Source: an uncultured delta proteobacterium
GTDB lineage: Bacteria; Myxococcota_A; Polyangia; Polyangiales; Polyangiaceae
NCBI GenBank assembly: GCA_963782055.1
Contig: CAWAIF010000003.1
Span: forward strand, 3,552,001 to 3,616,000
Length of the DNA stretch: 64,000 bases
Reading direction: 5' to 3'
Position 1 is the stretch's first letter. Each line of letters opens with the position of its first letter. Position numbers and translations under genes: made by a program. The notes under the pieces were generated by a model. That model worked only from the letters and a program-made list of their open reading frames with translations. It had not been told where the DNA came from and did no database searches. This document shows, piece after piece, positions 37,327-47,382 of this stretch.

Positions 37327-38661
37327 TCACGGCACGCAGCCGTAGCCGGCGTCCTTCTTCCACTCCAGCACGGTGCCGCTCAGCGTGAACGTCGGCATCT
37401 TGGCGACGAGGCTCGCGTCCAGATCGCCGCTCTGGACCAGCGCGTTCATCACGTCCAGGCCGATGGGGACGATCCGCACCCGCATCTTCACGTCGTCGAC
37501 CGCCGGGGGCAGCGTGTATGGCCTCGAGACCGCGTGGTAGTACGCGGGGTTCTGCGGATCGTTGGTGACCGCCGGCTGGAGGAAGTCCTCCTGCTTGCTC
37601 TGCGCGTCCCAGAGGAAGAGCGCCGGGGCCTTCGCGCCGTCGAAGAGCTGCTCGCGCAGCAGCCAGAGGTCGGGATCGGCGAGGGTGGTCACGTCGGTGC
37701 CGTCGGGCACGACGCCGGACTGGTAGACCGTCTGGCCCGCCGCCGTGCCGACGAGCTCGACCCAGAGGCGCCTGTCGTGCGCCGCGCCGCTCGGCCACGC
37801 GTGGCCGACGAAGGCGTTGTCCAGGGTGACGGTGACGTTGGGTCCACCCTGCGGCGGGTCGACGCACAGCTTGGCGACGATGGCGGCGTCGAGCAGCGTC
37901 TGCACCGCCTTCTTCTGCCCGTCGGCGTCCGGGAAGGGCGTGAGGGCGACGTCCACCGCGGCCATGGAGTGATCGTGGATGCGGCGGTCCGGCGCGCCCT
38001 CCACGTTCGCCGCCTTGCCGGTGCTGGCGGTCATGTGGCAGCCGCCGCAGGAGTCGAACACCGTCGGGTTGGTCTGCGCGTAGAGGCTGCCCTTCCACTC
38101 CGCGAAGGTGCGCTCGATGTCCACGCCGTGCCCGTTCTGCACGTCGTGGCAGCTCCCGCAGAGGCCGGAAGAATCCGGGGTGGAGAGGTCGTGGAGCGCC
38201 GAGGACATGGACGCGTGCGCCGCGCCGGGCGCGGGATCGGCGATGGGGCCGCGGATGACGTCGTCGTCGGCGAGCACCGGGCCGCCGTTGTGATCCTGGG
38301 CGATGCTCGTCACCGAGTGGCAGAAGAAGCACGTGACGCCGTGGAGGTTCGCCGGGATACCGGAGAGATCGCTGCCGTCGGTGAGCCCCATGCGCTGCGC
38401 GAGCGGCGCGTGGCAGCGGACGCAGAGGTCGTTCTTTCCCTGCTCGCGCACGAACCGCGCGTTCATCGCGACGAAGACGGGGTCGTCGGTCGCGTACGCG
38501 TGCATGCTGCCCTGCCACTGGGCGAACTGCGTGGGGTGGCAGCCCGCGCACGACTGCGGGTCCATGAGCTGGTCCTTGGTGAGCTGGGGCACCGGCGGCG
38601 GCGAGCTTGAGCAGCCGAGCAGGGCGAGGACCGGTGCGATGACGAGCTTCCAGCAGCGCAC
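37327..38661 (-). CDS. Multiheme cytochrome c lipoprotein (5 CxxCH)
   Basis: LLGC lipobox; CAGCH, CVRCH, CFFCH, CGSCH, CGGCH; WQGSMHA; GHAWPSG. Confidence 0.85.
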   Translation of the reverse strand: MRCWKLVIAPVLALLGCSSSPPPVPQLTKDQLMDPQSCAGCHPTQFAQWQGSMHAYATDDPVFVAMNARFVREQGKNDLCVRCHAPLAQRMGLTDGSDLSGIPANLHGVTCFFCHSVTSIAQDHNGGPVLADDDVIRGPIADPAPGAAHASMSSALHDLSTPDSSGLCGSCHDVQNGHGVDIERTFAEWKGSLYAQTNPTVFDSCGGCHMTASTGKAANVEGAPDRRIHDHSMAAVDVALTPFPDADGQKKAVQTLLDAAIVAKLCVDPPQGGPNVTVTLDNAFVGHAWPSGAAHDRRLWVELVGTAAGQTVYQSGVVPDGTDVTTLADPDLWLLREQLFDGAKAPALFLWDAQSKQEDFLQPAVTNDPQNPAYYHAVSRPYTLPPAVDDVKMRVRIVPIGLDVMNALVQSGDLDASLVAKMPTFTLSGTVLEWKKDAGYGCVP

Positions 38662-38671
38662 GATGGAGAGC

Positions 38672-39064
38672 TTAGTTGTCGGGGGCGCCGCAGACCAGCC
38701 ACCCGAGCAACTTCGCGCGCTCGTCCGCGCCGAGCAATCCGTCCTGCGGCATGCGGCACGAGTAGACCTGGTTGAGCACCGCGCTGCGACGCACGTGGAC
38801 GTCGTCGTACGTGACGAGGGGCACGGTGCCCGCCGCGCCTCCTTGCGTGTGGCAGCGCGTGCAGCGGCTCGCGACGATGGGCTGCACGTCGGCCGACCAG
38901 CTCGGCGACGGCGTGGGGCACGCCGCGGGGAGATCGTTGGGACACGATCCACCGCCACAGGCCGCGAGGAGCGAGCTCGCCGCGAGGATCGCGACGATCG
39001 CGAGGATCAAAGAGACGTCCGCGCGCACACGGGTTTGTATGTGAGATTCACTCGCACCGGTCAA
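38672..39064 (-). CDS. Small monoheme cytochrome c lipoprotein (start uncertain)
   Basis: LAAC lipobox; VQPIVASRCTRCH; distal MP; WLVCGAP. Confidence 0.7.
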   Translation of the reverse strand: MTGASESHIQTRVRADVSLILAIVAILAASSLLAACGGGSCPNDLPAACPTPSPSWSADVQPIVASRCTRCHTQGGAAGTVPLVTYDDVHVRRSAVLNQVYSCRMPQDGLLGADERAKLLGWLVCGAPDN

Positions 39065-39123
39065 GCGCGCGTCCGCGACGAGGGGCTTGCGTTCGCGTCC
39101 CGCTGCTGCTTAGGTTGGCCGCG

Positions 39124-39660
39124 ATGCTCGAGCTCGTCGCGGCGTGGCTCGTGGGGGCCATGGTGGCGTGGGTCCCTCCGCAACACGAGGTGGACCGCGA
39201 TCGCTACGACAGCATCGCGCACGACGTCGTCGCCGTAGCCTTCGACAAGACCGAGGAGCCGGTGTTCGCCGGGGAGCTCGGCCGCGCGAAGACCGCGCTG
39301 TTGATGGCCTCCATCGCGAGCTTCGAGAGCGGCTTCCGCGCCGACGTGGACGACGGACGCGTCACCGGAGACCACGGCGAGTCCTTCTGCCTGATGCAGA
39401 TCCGCGTCTTCGGCAAGACCGCGGAAGGGTGGACCGGCGCGGACCTGGTCCACGACCGGCAGAAGTGCATGCTGGCCGGGCTGCGGCGCATCCGCACCAG
39501 CTTCGCGTGGTGCAAGGACCACGCGCTCGCCGACAGGCTCGCCGGCTACACGGTGGGCACCTGCCGCGACAACGAGCACCTCTCGCGCGACCGCGTGTGG
39601 CGCGCGAAGGCGTTCTGGGCGCGCTCCCCCTTCGTCCCCCCCGACGATCCCGTCCCCTGA
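39124..39660 (+). CDS. Secreted protein, possible lysozyme/lytic transglycosylase fold
   Basis: ASFESGF...GDHGESFCLMQI resembles the ES...GLMQ signature. Confidence 0.5.
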   Translation: MLELVAAWLVGAMVAWVPPQHEVDRDRYDSIAHDVVAVAFDKTEEPVFAGELGRAKTALLMASIASFESGFRADVDDGRVTGDHGESFCLMQIRVFGKTAEGWTGADLVHDRQKCMLAGLRRIRTSFAWCKDHALADRLAGYTVGTCRDNEHLSRDRVWRAKAFWARSPFVPPDDPVP

Positions 39661-39665
39661 GCCCG

Positions 39666-40739
39666 ATGGAAGCGACCTCGCTGTCCTTCGAGCTGGAGAG
39701 GCTGCTCGTGCGCGAGTTCCTCGACGAGTGGCGCAACGTCAACCGGTCCTACTTCAAGGGCGCGCTGACGGCGCCGGTGCTCTCGCTCGCCGAGCATCGC
39801 TCGCACCTCGGGCGGTGGACCTCGGCGACACGCACGCTGGAGCTCTCCCGCCCGCTGGTGCTGGAGCGGCCGTGGGGCGTCGTCGTGGAGGTGCTCAAGC
39901 ACGAGATGGCGCACCAGTACGTCCACGAGGTGCTCGGCCGCACCGACGAGACGGCGCACGGCCCCGCGTTCCGGGAGGTGTGCGCGCGCCTGGGGATCGA
40001 CGCCGCTGCGGCGGGCATGCCGGACGCGCCGGCGCCGGTGGAGGACCGCATCGCGCCGCGCATCGCGCGCCTGCTCGCCCTCGCCGAGAGCCCCAACGTC
40101 CACGAGGCGGAGGCGGCGATGGCCGCGGCCCAGCGGCTGATGCTCAAGTACAACCTGGAGGCGCGCTCCGCCGGCACGCGCGGCGCGTACGGCTTCCGCC
40201 ACCTGGGGCCGCCCTCCGGGCGCGTCGGCGAGCCGGACCGGCTGCTGGCGATGATCCTGGCGAAGCACTTCTTCGTGGAGGTGATCTGGGTGCCCGTCTA
40301 CCGCCCGCGGGAGGGCAAGCGCGGCAGCGTGCTGGAGGTGTGCGGCACGCCGGAGAACCTGGCGCTCGCCGAGCACGTGCACTCCTTCCTGCGCCACACC
40401 GCCGAGCGCCTCTGGGTCGAGCACAAGCGCGCGGGCGGGCTGCGCGGCAACCGCGACCGCCGCGTCTTCCTCGCCGGGGTGATGGCCGGCTTCGCCGAGA
40501 AGCTGGCGTGGCAGGCGAAGTCCAACCGCTCGCGCGGGCTGGTGTGGGTGAAGGACGGCGACCTGGAGCAGTTCTACCGGCGCCGGCACCCGCACATCCG
40601 CAACGTGCGCTACGGCGGGCAGCGCCGCAGCGACGCGTTCGCCCACGGCAAGGAGGCCGGCAAGCGCATCGTCATCCATCGCCCCGTGAAGGCGGCGGGG
40701 GGTTATCATGGTCGACTCCTCGGGCCTTCCCGGAGCTGA
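39666..40739 (+). CDS. SprT-like zinc metalloprotease with DUF2786-like domain
   Basis: VLKHEMAHQY, HGPAF; IARLLALAESPNVHEAEAAMAAAQRLMLKYNL. Confidence 0.75.
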   Translation: MEATSLSFELERLLVREFLDEWRNVNRSYFKGALTAPVLSLAEHRSHLGRWTSATRTLELSRPLVLERPWGVVVEVLKHEMAHQYVHEVLGRTDETAHGPAFREVCARLGIDAAAAGMPDAPAPVEDRIAPRIARLLALAESPNVHEAEAAMAAAQRLMLKYNLEARSAGTRGAYGFRHLGPPSGRVGEPDRLLAMILAKHFFVEVIWVPVYRPREGKRGSVLEVCGTPENLALAEHVHSFLRHTAERLWVEHKRAGGLRGNRDRRVFLAGVMAGFAEKLAWQAKSNRSRGLVWVKDGDLEQFYRRRHPHIRNVRYGGQRRSDAFAHGKEAGKRIVIHRPVKAAGGYHGRLLGPSRS

Positions 40740-40741
40740 CG

Positions 40742-41227
40742 ATGGGGAAGCTGATCTTCTCGACCGCTTTCGGACCATGCGTGCTGGAGTACGGCAGCGC
40801 GGGCGTGACGCGCATCGCCCTGCGCCGCGGCCGCGCGCCGGCGAAGCGGGCCGACGAGGACGTGCCCCGCTTCGTGCGCGCGGCGGCGCGGCGCATCGCG
40901 CTGCACCTGTCCGGCCACCCGCAGGACCTGCGGGCGGTGCCGCTGGACCTCTCGCTGGTGCCGCCCTTCCACCGCCGCGTCTACGAGGTCGCGCGGCGCG
41001 TGCGGTCCGGGCAGACGATCACCTACGGGGAGCTGGCCGCGCGCGTCGGCTCCCCCGGCGCCGCCCGCTCGGTGGGCCAGGCGATGGCCCGCAACCCCTT
41101 CCTCATCGTGGTGCCGTGCCACCGCGTGCTCGGGGCTGGCGCGCGCCTGGGTGGCTTCTCGGCCCCGGGAGGCGTCAAGACGAAGGCCCGGCTCCTGGAG
41201 CTCGAGGGCTCGCGGCAGCGCGCATGA
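40742..41227 (+). CDS. ogt: Methylated-DNA-protein-cysteine methyltransferase
   Basis: TYGELA, AARSVGQA, NP, PCHRV active site. Confidence 0.9.
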   Translation: MGKLIFSTAFGPCVLEYGSAGVTRIALRRGRAPAKRADEDVPRFVRAAARRIALHLSGHPQDLRAVPLDLSLVPPFHRRVYEVARRVRSGQTITYGELAARVGSPGAARSVGQAMARNPFLIVVPCHRVLGAGARLGGFSAPGGVKTKARLLELEGSRQRA

Positions 41228-41883
41228 CCCTGCCCTTCGACGCCGGGGAGGCGCTGCGCGCGGTGACCGGGCGGGACGCGCCGCTGGCGAAGCTCGCCGC
41301 GCGCGTCCCCTTCACGCTGCAGATCGCGCCGCGCGCCGGCGTGTTCGATGCGCTCGCGCGGTCCATCCTCTACCAGCAGCTCAACGGCAAGGCGGCGGCG
41401 ACGATCCACGGTCGCTTCCTCGCCCTCGCCCGGCCGAAGGCGGACGGCGTCGACTGGACCTCCACCCCCACCGACCCGCGGCGCGTGCTCCGGCTGAAGG
41501 ACACCTCGCTGCGCGCCGCCGGCGTCTCCGGCAACAAGGTGCTCGCCATCCGCAATCTCGCGCGCAAGGTCCAGGACGGCACGGTCCCCCCGATGGAGGA
41601 GCTCGCGGCGATGGACGACGAGGCCATCGTGGAGCGCCTCACCGCCGTGCGCGGCATCGGCCGCTGGACCGTGCACATGCTCCTCATCTTCCGCCTCGGC
41701 CGCCCCGACGTGCTCCCCGTCGACGACTACGGCGTCCGCCAGGGCTTCGCGCGTCTCTATCGCAAGAAGGAGCTCCCCTCGCCCGCCGACCTCGCCCGCC
41801 GCGCCGAGCGCTGGCGCCCGTACCGCACCGTCGGCAGCTGGTACATGTGGCGCGCCGTCGAGCACCTCCCCCCGCGCAAGTAG
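41224..41883 (+). CDS. alkA: DNA-3-methyladenine glycosylase II (AlkA/HhH-GPD family)
   Basis: SILYQQL, VRGIGRWT HhH, LPVDDYGV, WRPYRT. Confidence 0.85.
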   Translation: MTLPFDAGEALRAVTGRDAPLAKLAARVPFTLQIAPRAGVFDALARSILYQQLNGKAAATIHGRFLALARPKADGVDWTSTPTDPRRVLRLKDTSLRAAGVSGNKVLAIRNLARKVQDGTVPPMEELAAMDDEAIVERLTAVRGIGRWTVHMLLIFRLGRPDVLPVDDYGVRQGFARLYRKKELPSPADLARRAERWRPYRTVGSWYMWRAVEHLPPRK

Positions 41884-41910
41884 GGCATCCTTGTGTAGGA
41901 TGCGGGCCCC

Positions 41911-43992
41911 ATGCGCTCTCGCCTCCTCCTCCCGCTCGCCCTCGCCGCCGTCACCGCCCTCGCCGCCACCGCCCGCGCCGACGAGGGCATGTGGCCCTTC
42001 AACATGGTGCCCAAGGCGCAGATCCAGAAGGACCACGGCGTCGCCCTCACCGACGCGTGGCTGGACCACCTGCGCCTCTCCACGGTGCGCATCTCCAGCG
42101 GCGGCACCGGCTCCTTCGTCTCGCGCGGCGGGCTGCTGCTCACCAACCATCACGTCGCCTCGGAGTGCATCGCCAACCTCGCCTCCGCCACGCACAACTA
42201 CATGGACGAAGGCTTCCTCGCCGGGCGGGACGGCCCGGAGGCGAGGTGCCCGAACATCGCCGCGGACGTGCTGGAGACGATGGAGGACGTCACCGACAAG
42301 GTGACCGCCGCGCGCAAGCCGCAGATGAGCGACGCCGACGCCAACACCGCCATGAAGGCGGCGATGAGCGAGCTGGAGAAGTCCTGCACCGAGAAGAACA
42401 AGGCGGCGCTGGGCGACGCGCGGTGCGAGGTGGTCACGCTCTACGCCGGCGCGAAGTATCAGCTGTACACCTACAAGCGCTACACCGACCTGCGGCTGGT
42501 CTTCGCCCCGGAGGCGAAGATCGCCTTCTTCGGCGGCGACCCGGACAACTTCACCTACCCGCGCTTCGACCTGGACATGGCGCTCTTCCGCGCCTACGAG
42601 GGCGGCAAGCCCGTCGCCCTGAAGGACTGGCTGACGTGGAACCCGGCGGGCGCAAAGGACGGCGAGACGGTCTTCGTGAGCGGCAACCCGGGCAGGACCG
42701 GGCGGCTGTCCACCGTCGCGCAGCTCGAGCAGCTCCGCGACACCGTCTACCCGTACGTCATCGACGCCCTGAAGCGCGAGCGCGACCTCCTGCAGAAGCT
42801 GGGCGCGCAGGGGCCGGAGTACGAGCGCGAGGCGCGCGAGGAGCTCTTCGGCGTGCAGAACGCCATCAAGGCGCTGGACGGCTACGAGCGCGGCCTGCGC
42901 GACCCCGCGCTGATGAAGAAGAAGCGCGACGACGAGGCGGCGCTGGTGAAGGCCATCAAGGCGGACCCCAAGCTGAAGGCCGAGTACGGCACCACCTTCT
43001 CCGACGTCGCCAGGGTGGAGGCGAAGGTGCGCACGCTCTACAGGCCCTACTTCGCGCTGGAGCGCACGGGCGGCTCCGAGCTGCTCGGCTTCGCGCGGAC
43101 GCTGGTGCGCTGGGCGGACGAGCGCTCGCTGTCGAGCGACAAGCGCCTGCGCGAGTACGGCGACGCCAACATGGATCAGGTCAAGCAGCAGCTCTTCTCC
43201 GCCGCCCCCGTCTACGGCGCGGTGGAGGTGGTGCTGGTGCGCGCGTGGATGGAGCGGGCCCAGCGCACGCTGGCGGGCAAGCCCATCCTGGCCAGGATCC
43301 TCCACGGCGAGACGCCCGCACGCGCCGCGCAGGAGCTCGTCGCTCGCTCCAAGCTCTTCGACGTCTACGCTCGCAAGCGGCTCTTCGCGGGCGGAAAGGC
43401 CGCCATCGCCGCCTCGCACGACCCGGCGATCGAGCTCATGCGCGCCATCGACCCCGACGCCCGCGCGATCCGCAAGCAGTACGAGGACGACGTGGAGGCC
43501 CCGATGCGCCAGCTCGGCAAGAAGGTCGCGCAGGCCACCTTCGCGGTGCGCGGCCAGAGCATGATGCCCGACGCGACCTTCACCCTGCGCCTCTCGGTCG
43601 GCGTGGTGAAGGGCTACACCGAGCACGGCAAGGCCATCCCCTTCGCCACCGACTTCACCGGCATGTACGCCCACGCCACGGGCAAGGACCCCTACGCCCT
43701 GCCGCCGCGCTGGCTGCAGAAGAAGGGCGCCCTCAAGCTGGGCACCAAGCTGGACTTCGTCTCCACCGACGACATCATCGGCGGCAACAGCGGCAGCCCG
43801 GTGGTGGACGCCAAGGGGCAGCTCGTCGGGCTCATCTTCGACGGCAACATCAGCAGTCTGCCCAACAACTTCATCTACCGCGAGGTGACCGAGCGCGCCG
43901 TCAGCGTCGACTCCTCCGGCATGCTCGAGGCGCTCCGTGACGTCTACGGCGCCGGCGCCCTCGCCGACGAGATCCTCGGAAAACGCATGTAG
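41911..43992 (+). CDS. S46 family dipeptidyl-peptidase
   Basis: Signal peptide, ADEGMW, TNHH, FGGDPDNFTYPR, PDATFTLR, DIIGGNSGSPV. Confidence 0.92.
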   Translation: MRSRLLLPLALAAVTALAATARADEGMWPFNMVPKAQIQKDHGVALTDAWLDHLRLSTVRISSGGTGSFVSRGGLLLTNHHVASECIANLASATHNYMDEGFLAGRDGPEARCPNIAADVLETMEDVTDKVTAARKPQMSDADANTAMKAAMSELEKSCTEKNKAALGDARCEVVTLYAGAKYQLYTYKRYTDLRLVFAPEAKIAFFGGDPDNFTYPRFDLDMALFRAYEGGKPVALKDWLTWNPAGAKDGETVFVSGNPGRTGRLSTVAQLEQLRDTVYPYVIDALKRERDLLQKLGAQGPEYEREAREELFGVQNAIKALDGYERGLRDPALMKKKRDDEAALVKAIKADPKLKAEYGTTFSDVARVEAKVRTLYRPYFALERTGGSELLGFARTLVRWADERSLSSDKRLREYGDANMDQVKQQLFSAAPVYGAVEVVLVRAWMERAQRTLAGKPILARILHGETPARAAQELVARSKLFDVYARKRLFAGGKAAIAASHDPAIELMRAIDPDARAIRKQYEDDVEAPMRQLGKKVAQATFAVRGQSMMPDATFTLRLSVGVVKGYTEHGKAIPFATDFTGMYAHATGKDPYALPPRWLQKKGALKLGTKLDFVSTDDIIGGNSGSPVVDAKGQLVGLIFDGNISSLPNNFIYREVTERAVSVDSSGMLEALRDVYGAGALADEILGKRM

Positions 43993-44044
43993 TCTGCAAA
44001 AGTCGAGCGCATGGCCCCCCGGGTCGCTACCATGACCTGGACCG

Positions 44045-45448
44045 ATGGCGACGGACGAGGACAGCTACGAGCTCTCCGAGGGCACCCGCCTGCTCGATCG
44101 TTACGTGGTCATCGACCGCGTGACCGGCGGCGGGATGGCGTCCATCTACCGCGCCACCGACGAGCGCCTGGACCGCGTGGTGTGCGTGAAGCTGCTGCGC
44201 CTGGTGCTCGAGGCGGGCAGCACCAGCGGCAGCGCCGTCTACCGCGCCACCTACTCGCACTTCCTCCAGGAGGCGCTGGCCCTCTCCCGGCTGATGCACC
44301 CCAACACCCTGAAGATCTACGACTTCGGCTACCTGGAGGAGTCGGGGAGGCCCTTCCAGATCAGCGAGTTTCTGGACGGCGGCCACCTGGAGCACCTGTT
44401 GCGCCGGCGCGGGGCGCTCCCCGCCGAGCAGGTGCTCTCCATCCTGGAGCCCATGGGCGGCGCACTCGCCGAGGCGCACGATCACGGCATCATCCACCGC
44501 GACGTCAAGCCGTCCAACATCCTCTTTGGCCGCATCGGCGGGTCGCTGGTGCCGAAGCTGGCCGACTTCGGCATCGCGCACTCCAACGTGAAGCGGGCCC
44601 AGGCCGACGAGGACGAGCCGGTCAGCGTCGTCACCCTCTTCTCGCCGCGCTGGGCGGCACCGGAGCAGCTCGCCGGCGGCGCCTCCAGCACGGCGACCGA
44701 CGTCTACGCCCTCGCGCTGGTCACCGTGTTCATGCTCCTCGGCCGGTCCATGTTCGACGGCAAGGAGGTGCGCGCCACCTTCCCCGAGCGGATCACCGGC
44801 GACGCGCTCGTCACCCGCAGGCTCGCGGAGATGGGCGTCCCCTTCGCCGCGCAGGCCGTCTTCCTGCGGGCGCTCCGCGCGCATCCGAGCCAGCGCACCC
44901 AGAGCGTGACCCAGTTCGTCCGTGAGCTGCGTGCCGCCCTCAACGGACCCACCAGCATGCACCCGCCGCCCCCGCGGCCCCCCAGCATCACGACGGAGAT
45001 TGACGTCCCGACCTCCCGCGCCGCCCCCGCGCCACACGAGGTGCGCTTCGGGGCCCACTCGGCCCGGATGGTCACCGTGGACGAGCGCCTGGACCTGACC
45101 ATCCCCACCCCGGCGGGGGTGGAGGCGCGCGTCCGGCTCACCTTCGTCCCCAGCCTGGATGGCTACCGGCTGAACATCAAGGGGCTGAACTGCTTCGTCG
45201 CCAAGGAGGGGCGCCCGGCGGCGGCGGCGCTGGCCGACAGGGACGGCTCGGTGGAGCTGCTCACCAGCGCCCGCGAGCGCATGGGAACGCTGCGATACTC
45301 CTTCGGCACGGTGGTGGGTGGCGACCGCGTCTTTGGGGTGAACGGCGACCAGTTGGTGGTACCCTTGCATGAGGCGGCACGGTCCGTGGCCGTCATGCTG
45401 GACACCGGCGAGGTCGTCGTGATGTCCCAGAGGAGCGGAGCGGCTTGA
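44045..45448 (+). CDS. Ser/Thr protein kinase with C-terminal beta-rich domain
   Basis: GGMASIY, VCVK, HRDVKPSN, DFGIA, WAAPEQ, DVYAL. Confidence 0.85.
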   Translation: MATDEDSYELSEGTRLLDRYVVIDRVTGGGMASIYRATDERLDRVVCVKLLRLVLEAGSTSGSAVYRATYSHFLQEALALSRLMHPNTLKIYDFGYLEESGRPFQISEFLDGGHLEHLLRRRGALPAEQVLSILEPMGGALAEAHDHGIIHRDVKPSNILFGRIGGSLVPKLADFGIAHSNVKRAQADEDEPVSVVTLFSPRWAAPEQLAGGASSTATDVYALALVTVFMLLGRSMFDGKEVRATFPERITGDALVTRRLAEMGVPFAAQAVFLRALRAHPSQRTQSVTQFVRELRAALNGPTSMHPPPPRPPSITTEIDVPTSRAAPAPHEVRFGAHSARMVTVDERLDLTIPTPAGVEARVRLTFVPSLDGYRLNIKGLNCFVAKEGRPAAAALADRDGSVELLTSARERMGTLRYSFGTVVGGDRVFGVNGDQLVVPLHEAARSVAVMLDTGEVVVMSQRSGAA

Positions 45449-47337
45449 CGCAACGAAACTCACCGACGGCGAGCGACACCCCGGAGGAGCTCGAGCCTCT
45501 CCGGAGCGGGACCACGCCCGACGGAGTTCCCGCGGCCGCGGCGTCGTCGGGCCCGGTGCCGCGTCCCTTCGCCCGGCCGGCCACCCCCACCACGCCCTTT
45601 TCCCCGCAGAACGCGGTGCATCAGGCGATCGCCGCCGGGACAGCGGGCCCCCCGCCGGTGCCCGCTCGCCCCCCCGGGGCCTCCTCCGGTCCGCCGCCGG
45701 TGCCCTCGCGCCCGCCGCCCTACCCCCCGCCTCCGGTGGCGGCTGCCCCTTCCTTCACCCCGCCGCCGCCGTCCTACACCCCGGCTCCCGGCTTCAGCCA
45801 GCCGCCGCCCCCGGTGGGGCTCCGCGCCGACGCCGGGGCGGCCACCTCCCGCGCCCGCGGCTCGCTCCTGCGGTCGCGCGGGTACGCCTTCCTGCTCAAC
45901 GCCCAGGGCCTCCCGATCGAGGTGGGCTCTGGCCGCTTCGCCAAGGCCTACCTGGGGGAGGAGCGCTGGCTGGAGTCCAAGACCGACTTCCGCCGGCAGA
46001 TCGTCATCAAGATCCTGCAGAAGGGCGTGAGCGAAGAGGACGCCATGCGCTTCCAGATGGAGAAGGAGCTGCTCGAGCGCGTCCAGGGCCACCCCAACGT
46101 GATCCGCCTCTTCGCCTCCGGCGAGGGCGACGACGCCGAGTTCATCCCGCCCTCCATCCGTGATCAGGTCGAGTCGGAGTACATGATCCTGGAGAAGCTC
46201 GACATGTCGCTCGAGGAGCGGCTGAAGGGCTCGCGCGGCGGCAGCCAGAAGGAAGACCTGCTCGCCTTCAGCATGCAGGAGCGGATCTTCCGCGTGCTCG
46301 ACTACATGATCCCCACCGCCTCGGCGATCGAGTACGCCCACCTCGTCCGCAACATCTGCCACCGGGACATCAAGCCGGCCAACGTCCTGGTCGCCCTCCC
46401 CGACCCGAACCTGCGCGGCTCCACCCTGGAGGTGCGCCTGGCGGACTTCAACGTCGCCAAGCTGCACGACGACGACGTCAGCATCCGGATGACGCAGCTC
46501 CGCTCGGTGCCCGGCACCCTCTTCTTCCAGAGCCCCGAGCAGGAGACGAACATCATCGAGCTGCTCGTCAACGTCCAGCAGGGCGTGGCGGAGGTGGAGT
46601 TCTTCGAGGACTTCTACATCCAGATCGAGAAAAACGACACCTTCTCCCTCTTCAACCGCGGCGAGCAGTACCCGGTGCTCTACGCCGACCGCGCGCGCAA
46701 GCGCATCATGCTGGCACGCCCGTACCGCGGCCCCTCCGAGACCAACGTCCGCGCGCGCATCCAGAAGAGCGTCGGGCGCCCGGCGGACATCTACTCGCTC
46801 GGGGCGATGTTCTACTACCTGATCTCCGGGGCCTACGCGAACCCGAAGACCCTCTACGACACCTTCCACAAGTTCATCGAGTACGAGCGCACCGAGGAGA
46901 CGAACACCATCGAGGGCTACCTCGCCCACGAGTACTCGGTGATCAACTCCTTGCGCGCGCCCAAGAGCGAGGACGGCGTGGAGCTCGCCCCGGCCGACCG
47001 CTTCTTCACCTACAAGCACTACCTGGACGGCAACGGCGAGCTCATCGACCCGCACGTCATGCGGATCATCGCCCGCTGCATGATCCGCAACAAGCCGGAC
47101 AGCTACTGCCAGGCGCACGACACCGAGACGCGCGGCGTGAGCGACCTGGTGCAGGATCTGATCGAGCTCTACACCATCTTCGGCGTGCACCCCGCGGCGC
47201 GGCCCCCGCACCTGGGCCGCATGGGCGGCGGGCACAGCAAGCCGAAGAAGCGGTCGCTGGACCGGGTGGGGAGCACGGTGCGCTGGTGGTGGGCGAGCTT
47301 CATGCAGACCCTGCGAGGCGGCAAGAAGCGCAAGTGA
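45445..47337 (+). CDS. Atypical Ser/Thr kinase with Pro-rich N-terminus and large internal insertion
   Basis: [23 protein letters not shown] in place of DFG, SPEQ, distant DIYSLG. Confidence 0.8.
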   Translation: MTQRNSPTASDTPEELEPLRSGTTPDGVPAAAASSGPVPRPFARPATPTTPFSPQNAVHQAIAAGTAGPPPVPARPPGASSGPPPVPSRPPPYPPPPVAAAPSFTPPPPSYTPAPGFSQPPPPVGLRADAGAATSRARGSLLRSRGYAFLLNAQGLPIEVGSGRFAKAYLGEERWLESKTDFRRQIVIKILQKGVSEEDAMRFQMEKELLERVQGHPNVIRLFASGEGDDAEFIPPSIRDQVESEYMILEKLDMSLEERLKGSRGGSQKEDLLAFSMQERIFRVLDYMIPTASAIEYAHLVRNICHRDIKPANVLVALPDPNLRGSTLEVRLADFNVAKLHDDDVSIRMTQLRSVPGTLFFQSPEQETNIIELLVNVQQGVAEVEFFEDFYIQIEKNDTFSLFNRGEQYPVLYADRARKRIMLARPYRGPSETNVRARIQKSVGRPADIYSLGAMFYYLISGAYANPKTLYDTFHKFIEYERTEETNTIEGYLAHEYSVINSLRAPKSEDGVELAPADRFFTYKHYLDGNGELIDPHVMRIIARCMIRNKPDSYCQAHDTETRGVSDLVQDLIELYTIFGVHPAARPPHLGRMGGGHSKPKKRSLDRVGSTVRWWWASFMQTLRGGKKRK

Positions 47338-47382
47338 GCCTCACCCCCGCGGGGGGGGCGCCGTCACCGGCTTGTCGAGGGC

